A stretch of DNA of 64,000 bases from a virus. The notes beneath the pieces were generated by a model. That model was given only the letters and a program-made list of their open reading frames with translations. It was not told the origin of the DNA and did no database searches. Shown here one piece after another: positions 58,703 through 64,000 of this stretch (positions are counted from its first letter, which is position 1; the number at the start of each line of letters is the position of its first letter). The position numbers and the translations under genes were made by a program. The stretch covers positions 10,773 to 74,772 of the IMG/VR virus record IMGVR_UViG_3300013772_000003; one strand, 5' to 3'.

Positions 58703-58954
58703 ATGAAATTATTTGAAGTAGAAGGTACATACGGACGTAGTAAAACACCATGTACCGTATTTGTAGCAGAAATAAAGTACGGACGCAATCAAGGCGCCAA
58801 ATGGTATGTTGCAGAAGATTCTGTTAACGTAAATTACACCTATGATGAAATTCAAGAGGGTGTAGACATTGAAGAATTATCTGATGACGATATGTTCACT
58901 GCCGGTAAACCAATAACTTCTCTTGAAGAACTCGAGGAAGCAATTAACAGTTAA
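58703..58954 (+). CDS. Acidic early protein
   Basis: WYVAEDSVNVN. Confidence 0.6.
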   Translation: MKLFEVEGTYGRSKTPCTVFVAEIKYGRNQGAKWYVAEDSVNVNYTYDEIQEGVDIEELSDDDMFTAGKPITSLEELEEAINS

Positions 58955-58964
58955 TAGAAATAAC

Positions 58965-59186
58965 ATGACCAAAGAAACTATTACAATTACAATCTCCCAA
59001 GATGGAGAAGTAAGAAAGACTTTTGAAAAAGTAGAGTCAGATACAGAAGCCTTTGGTTGGTTATTACGTAATCAAGGACAAAGCACTGATTGGGCATTAA
59101 GACACGGAGGCTGGAAGGTTGAAGTGAAAGATGACCAAACAGGAGAAATCACATTCTGGGAACCTTATTCAAGTTTAAAACGATAA
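58965..59186 (+). CDS. Early hypothetical protein
   Basis: QGQSTDWALRHGGW. Confidence 0.6.
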   Translation: MTKETITITISQDGEVRKTFEKVESDTEAFGWLLRNQGQSTDWALRHGGWKVEVKDDQTGEITFWEPYSSLKR

Positions 59187-59190
59187 AACT

Positions 59191-59457
59191 ATGGAAAATC
59201 TTAGAGCATTTAAAGTAGTTACACTGTTAGCTACGAACACGAAACCAATCAGGATAAAAATTACCGACCTTCGCTTTGATGAAACTGTTATCATAGGTTA
59301 CACAGCGAAGGGTTCTCCCAGAGAAAATGACAGAGTATGCGAGTTTCTTGCTGAAAAAGGTATAGAAATTGTTGCACAAGCTTGGAGAGAAATCAAAGGA
59401 CAAATCCACGACTATACTATCTTGCTTACTGAAAACTTTGATAAACGAATTAAATAA
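59191..59457 (+). CDS. Early hypothetical protein
   Basis: ATNTKPIRIKITD. Confidence 0.6.
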   Translation: MENLRAFKVVTLLATNTKPIRIKITDLRFDETVIIGYTAKGSPRENDRVCEFLAEKGIEIVAQAWREIKGQIHDYTILLTENFDKRIK

Positions 59458-59463
59458 CCCAAT

Positions 59464-60198
59464 ATGAAAACAGAAATATTGACCAAAACAGGTTTAGAAG
59501 TTTACGATAAATACGATGTATGGCAAGTTTCTGAGGATAAAGAGCTTGCCCACTTCGCTACTCCGGGAATATTGATTAGTATTAAATTCTATCCAAGAGA
59601 AGAGTTTCTTAATCCTAAATGGTGCAATAAATTTGTTGCAGACATTCAATATGATTACAGGAATCCCGACCTTCTTGACAGCTTTGATTTTGTGAAGCAC
59701 TCAGGAACGTATGGAGAAACTATGTTCTTCAAAACAATGGACGCCGCGATTAAAGGATGTGAAGCTTGGATAGATGAAATGTTTGAAGGCGTTCGAGATT
59801 TCCATTCAAGAGAGATAGTTTCTAAAGCGCAGGTTTCTATAAGAGAAGTTGCTAAGAAAGAGTTTTTTCACCACAAAGCGATGTTTCCTGATACAAGGAA
59901 TTTTGAAATGGAAGCGTTGGAGAAATCAAAGTATTATGCTGAGTATTTATCTTATACAGAACGATACAAAAATCGCAGAATAAGCGATGAAAAGTATGAG
60001 AAAAAGTTGAGTAAGATATTCAAAAAAACATTTACCTTTCCTCTTGCAGAGTGTTTACATCAGTTTAAATTTGACTTTGGAACTTTTGCTGAGAAGCGCA
60101 ATATTAAAAAAGGCTGGAAAGCTGAGGACATAAAGGAAAATTTATCAGATTACGAATTAAAATTAGTTCGTAAGGCTGCAAATTATTATAGCTACTAA
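59464..60198 (+). CDS. Early hypothetical protein
   Basis: 244 aa ORF. Confidence 0.7.
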   Translation: MKTEILTKTGLEVYDKYDVWQVSEDKELAHFATPGILISIKFYPREEFLNPKWCNKFVADIQYDYRNPDLLDSFDFVKHSGTYGETMFFKTMDAAIKGCEAWIDEMFEGVRDFHSREIVSKAQVSIREVAKKEFFHHKAMFPDTRNFEMEALEKSKYYAEYLSYTERYKNRRISDEKYEKKLSKIFKKTFTFPLAECLHQFKFDFGTFAEKRNIKKGWKAEDIKENLSDYELKLVRKAANYYSY

Positions 60199-60248
60199 AC
60201 TTTAAGGCAGAGATGTAATAGTCTCTGCTTTTACTAAAACCATCACAA

Positions 60249-60670
60249 ATGAAAGAAATTAAAAAGAACATTGAGAGTAATAAAGAACTCTCGAAGAAAA
60301 TAGATTCTATAAGTTATTACTCCGTTGAGAATTTTATCAGCGATGTAAAGGCTTACATAAGCGCGATTAAAGAGCGCAGAATGCTTTGTGTTATCGAATC
60401 AGTTGCTCCATCAGTATGAGCCGCGTCTTGAAGTACAATAGCTGCGGAGGCAATAAGAAAACAGGGTTTAACTACCGTCAATATTCCTGCTTATTCGTAT
60501 CTTTAGGATACAGCAGAGCAAAGAACAGCGATGGATTTCGAGTGAATGGTTGCGGTATGGATATGAATTTTAATACCAACTACAACAATATCCACGACTT
60601 TTTTAGACTTGGTTTTATTACCAAAGAAGAATGTGCTAAATTAGCTCAAGCATCACCAGTAGTATTATAA
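60249..60670 (+). pseudogene. Frameshifted phage protein (SGMSR...GCGMDM type)
   Basis: The ORF from 60249 ends SVAPSV*; the -1 frame continues MSRVLKY...GCGMDMNF. One extra G near 60414 would restore SVAPSGMSR. Confidence 0.65.
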
Positions 60671-60718
60671 ATTTGGGAAAGCAGGTTAATACTTGCTTTC
60701 CTTTAACATCACAAAATT

Positions 60719-61036
60719 ATGGAAAAAGATAAATACAAAACAACTGTTCAATTTAGGTTGGAGAAAGAAGAGCCACATACAGTGTGGGCATTTTTTCCGA
60801 ATGAACCGGAATGGACAGAAGAACGCTTAAAAGATTTACCGGATAACGGATACAAACATTTTGGTAAGACTAAAGATGAATTGCGTCAGTTATTTATGGC
60901 TTATGCACACGTAGGACAACACACAACGGCTTGTACAGAATATTTTATGGAGTGTGAACCCGCGACTCCTGAGCAGTATAAAGATCTTGCGGAGGAATTA
61001 GAATCTATTGGTTATAACTTAACAATACTACAATGA
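60719..61036 (+). CDS. Early phage protein
   Basis: YAHVGQH...ATPEQYKDLAEELESIGYNL. Confidence 0.7.
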   Translation: MEKDKYKTTVQFRLEKEEPHTVWAFFPNEPEWTEERLKDLPDNGYKHFGKTKDELRQLFMAYAHVGQHTTACTEYFMECEPATPEQYKDLAEELESIGYNLTILQ

Positions 61037-61419
61037 GAGAACTAAACATTAACGAAATAGTAAAGCATTATTTATATGCTGCACTATGGACAGCCGAGTT
61101 AGACAGTAAATATGATACTGATGACTTTGGTTTTGGAGAACAGTATTATGCTGCGGTGCGGGACATCGGAGATTTCCTGAATAAAGCAGTACGTTATCTT
61201 GCACCATACGAAAAGCATTTTGGAGATAAAACTGAGTCTCAATTAGGACATGACTTTTGGTTATCTCGTAACGGACATGGTTCAGGATTCTTTGATCTTG
61301 CGCTTGATACAGGAGATAGAAAACTCAAATCTATTGGGGATAGTTTGCAGGAGATTGCCCGCGAATTCGTTGAGAAAAACGTATTTGAGAGTGAAGTTGG
61401 AAACTTATTTATTGAATAA
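61033..61419 (+). CDS. Early phage protein
   Basis: YAALW...GHDFWLSRNGHGSGFFD. Confidence 0.7.
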   Translation: MRELNINEIVKHYLYAALWTAELDSKYDTDDFGFGEQYYAAVRDIGDFLNKAVRYLAPYEKHFGDKTESQLGHDFWLSRNGHGSGFFDLALDTGDRKLKSIGDSLQEIAREFVEKNVFESEVGNLFIE

Positions 61420-61435
61420 TTAAAACCCAAAACCC

Positions 61436-62197
61436 ATGAAAATAAAACATATTGAAGGTAACACCGGCGATAATCTCAAATTTGAGGTCGATGGCGTTAT
61501 CATGTACTTTTGGGACAGCTTTAAGCGTTCCTTCATATCTCTTGACAGTTTTGCACAAAGCTATAACTTCAACAAAGTTGTATTTAAAGACACAGTGGAA
61601 GACATAACCAAGTGGATTCAAGAAAACGAAGAGTTAGTAACAGCATACATAAGCAAAGCAACCAAAGCCCAAGCCTTGTTAGATTCTTATAGAGCACTTC
61701 CAAAGAAAAAATTGGTAGCTCGATTTAATGAAAAAGAGGTATTAATCTGCGAAGTAGATTTGACAAGAGGTTATGTTACTGTAACAGCAAACGAGGTTAT
61801 TCCTACAAAAGAGAGCATCCTTATTGAACAGGGCTCTGAAATGTGGGTAGACTATTTTGTTCAGGAAGAAGGGATGTCGGAAAGGGCTGCAAAGAAGCAA
61901 GTCGCTGATGAAGTTAGGATGAATGGAATTGAAGCTGTTGCTGATATTTCTTTGTTCTCTGAAGGCTTTTCTTACAGGAATGCTGATTACGCATTTGATT
62001 CTTCAGCTTGCGGATGTCTGCACGAAGACATAAAGAAAGCCTTTCCTGAAAACAAGATTCTTCACAAGTTAATCAAGATGCACCTCAAAGAAGATACCGA
62101 TATGGTAGAAGCTCTTTGGTTGTACAGTCAGCTAAAAGATTCTGAAAATTACAGAGAAGAAGTAATTGCTATCGGAAAAGAAATCGTAAAGAAGTAA
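61436..62197 (+). CDS. Early hypothetical protein
   Basis: 253 aa; SACGCLHEDI. Confidence 0.7.
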   Translation: MKIKHIEGNTGDNLKFEVDGVIMYFWDSFKRSFISLDSFAQSYNFNKVVFKDTVEDITKWIQENEELVTAYISKATKAQALLDSYRALPKKKLVARFNEKEVLICEVDLTRGYVTVTANEVIPTKESILIEQGSEMWVDYFVQEEGMSERAAKKQVADEVRMNGIEAVADISLFSEGFSYRNADYAFDSSACGCLHEDIKKAFPENKILHKLIKMHLKEDTDMVEALWLYSQLKDSENYREEVIAIGKEIVKK

Positions 62198-62250
62198 CAA
62201 CCAAATCCCTGACGCAAACTCTGCGTTGGGGGTTATACAAAACCCCACCT

Positions 62251-62757
62251 ATGAAAGAAACAACTGTAGATATTTTTGCAGGTAATGAGAACCTGTTCCG
62301 TGCATACGAAATCTGTATGTGTGGAGACCACAAGTTAAAACTCATAAGTACAGCGGATGAAGATACCTCAGTTGATGCGCGTCAGATGAGTCTGCTTAAT
62401 GAACACTTTGCTGAGGTTATTACTTTGGAATATTCAGACGCGGATATACTTCAAGAAATTGTTAAGCCCCAGTTAGAACAACTTTTAAATTCTCGATGTG
62501 AAACTATTGAGGATGTGGATAAACGTATCGCAGCGTATAAAGAGCGTTGTCCTGATATTGAAATCAACATCAGCGAAGCATCGCAACGTTTACTGAAAAC
62601 AGCTTATGAACGTCTTGCATTACAACCATACGAGGTACAAATCATTATTAATTTGGCTGCTACTATTGGTAAGATGGACGACTCTAAATTCGTAGATTTA
62701 ATTCATATTGCAGAGGCAATACAGTTCCGCTCAATAGACAAAACATTTAAGAAGTAA
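62251..62757 (+). CDS. ComM/YifB (Mg-chelatase-related) derived protein lacking the ATPase core
   Basis: GNENLFRAYEICMCGDHKL resembles the start of the ComM AAA domain; LLKTAYERLAL...LAATI...HIAEAIQFRSID resembles the ComM C-terminus. Confidence 0.7.
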   Translation: MKETTVDIFAGNENLFRAYEICMCGDHKLKLISTADEDTSVDARQMSLLNEHFAEVITLEYSDADILQEIVKPQLEQLLNSRCETIEDVDKRIAAYKERCPDIEINISEASQRLLKTAYERLALQPYEVQIIINLAATIGKMDDSKFVDLIHIAEAIQFRSIDKTFKK

Positions 62758-62819
62758 TCAACCATTCCCCGCCTGCACAACCTATTTGGTGCGGGTGGGG
62801 TAACTAAAACCATCACATT

Positions 62820-62999
62820 ATGAAAGACATTAAAAAACGATTGAAGTATCTCAGGAGAGAACTCCGTGCAGAGCGTATTAGTTACGGAGAGTTAGCAGAA
62901 TTACAATCCTTAGTAAAACATATTGACCCTAATGATGTAGAATTATTGGAAGCAGCCGGAGTACCCGAGTTTCCTGAAAATAAAAAACCAACCACATGA
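62820..62999 (+). CDS. Early hypothetical protein
   Basis: Manual translation MKDIKKRLKYLR...ISYGELAELQSL...AGVPEF; ATGA overlap with the next gene. Confidence 0.6.
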   Translation: MKDIKKRLKYLRRELRAERISYGELAELQSLVKHIDPNDVELLEAAGVPEFPENKKPTT

Positions 63000-63271
63000 G
63001 CTTAAAAATTGAAAAACCCGGCGACTTAGAAGAAATTGCTAAGTACATGACAGAAGCCGTTAAACAAACACCCAGTAAAAAGCATGACCGATTTTGGGCT
63101 TTAAAAGATTTGATTCATTATTTTGAAAAAGATAATGGACTTGATTGGAAAGTTCGGGAGCCTATTTGGGAGAGCATGAACGGTTATACAATGCCTAAGA
63201 CTTGCAAGAATATCCTGAAAATGTTGGAAGCAATTGTTGAAGCAAACAGTAAGACATTAATAACCCATTAA
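62996..63271 (+). CDS. Early hypothetical protein
   Basis: 91 aa. Confidence 0.6.
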   Translation: MSLKIEKPGDLEEIAKYMTEAVKQTPSKKHDRFWALKDLIHYFEKDNGLDWKVREPIWESMNGYTMPKTCKNILKMLEAIVEANSKTLITH

Positions 63272-63282
63272 AAACTAAATCC

Positions 63283-63576
63283 ATGAGCGCAAGAGCACAC
63301 AGAGTTGAGAAAATAGTTTATGCAGAAGGAATATTCTTCGTATCAGGAACTCCATTAGGAGACGCTATAATAAACTATTCAGAAACAAATGATTTCCGTA
63401 ACCAAGACGGCGGAGGTAACATCGAGATTACTCTGGGAGGACTGCAAACCATTCTTGGCGAAGCTGAGGAATGGGGACTACTTCCTGAAAACATAGCAGA
63501 TTTGCAGGACGAAATTAACGACCTTGTTTCTTTAGGAAAAGAAGCTGACGAGTATATTGTTTACGATATATTCTAA
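63283..63576 (+). CDS. Acidic early protein
   Basis: 97 aa. Confidence 0.6.
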   Translation: MSARAHRVEKIVYAEGIFFVSGTPLGDAIINYSETNDFRNQDGGGNIEITLGGLQTILGEAEEWGLLPENIADLQDEINDLVSLGKEADEYIVYDIF

Positions 63577-63578
63577 CC

Positions 63579-63785
63579 ATGAAAGCAATAATGAATAAAA
63601 AAGACCTTATGGACGCAATCGCCCATCTTGACGATAACGACGCAGTTGTTATTGAGGTTCACGATATGGTAGCAAATGAAGACTTGTATAGTTTTTATGT
63701 AGATGTTATTGATGGTATCAAGTTGGAGGACGGCTCTATAATAAAGGAAATCCGATTAAGTATAATTCCAAATAGCATACGATGA
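63579..63785 (+). CDS. Early hypothetical protein
   Basis: 68 aa. Confidence 0.55.
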   Translation: MKAIMNKKDLMDAIAHLDDNDAVVIEVHDMVANEDLYSFYVDVIDGIKLEDGSIIKEIRLSIIPNSIR

Positions 63786-63979
63786 AAGCAATAAAGAAGC
63801 TACCAAGACCGGAATATATTTCTTGCTGTTGCGCCGGGAGATTCACCGTAGAACAGAAGAAAGACCGCTTCAAAACAAAGTACGTGTACCATCTCCTAAA
63901 TCATATAGTAGTTACTTATGTGCAGGACAACGGTAAGGAAATGGAAGACGAGATGTTTGGAGAATGGTTCCTTAATTAA
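63782..63979 (+). CDS. Early hypothetical protein
   Basis: 65 aa; ATGA overlap. Confidence 0.5.
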   Translation: MKAIKKLPRPEYISCCCAGRFTVEQKKDRFKTKYVYHLLNHIVVTYVQDNGKEMEDEMFGEWFLN

Positions 63980-64000
63980 AAAATTGATGCGTTGATAGGG

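Noticed and set aside
51300-64000. CRISPR-like array from recurring intergenic motifs
   Set aside because: Motifs are 6-9 nt, irregularly spaced and separated by genes; no cas genes are present.

Overview
The window is part of a crAss-like (Crassvirales) phage genome, probably infecting a Bacteroidota host: many TAnnTTTG -7 boxes precede genes, Shine-Dalgarno sequences are scarce, and the code is standard. Positions 1-48.1 kb (minus strand) hold the late module. In transcription order it runs: two tail-fibre cassettes, lysis genes (DUF4407, holin, GH25 endolysin), RepL-like, IHF-like, Zn-finger, PD-(D/E)XK nuclease, TerL, portal, scaffold-like, MCP, ring, auxiliary capsid and tail-hub proteins, a Cys-rich tail block, muzzle and cargo proteins. 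It is invaded by a tnpB-only IS200/IS605 element, a LAGLIDADG and an HNH-AP2 endonuclease. Around 48-51 kb lie a rep-like wHTH gene, a GIY-YIG gene and a strand switch with C-tracts (possible genome end). From 51 to 64 kb (plus strand) is a dense early region of small genes. The most interesting observations are: (1) a XerCD dif-like site paired with an inverted second XerD arm around a host-type promoter; (2) a 63-nt D-armless tRNA-like RNA with alanine identity inside a structured non-coding block, close to a translational-GTPase G1 fragment; (3) an ACTCCAC box at late-gene starts, complementary to an early hairpin loop; (4) a ComM-derived protein lacking the ATPase core; (5) Cys-rich virion proteins and xGG motifs in cargo proteins. 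All assignments come from motif recognition and synteny; no searches were run.
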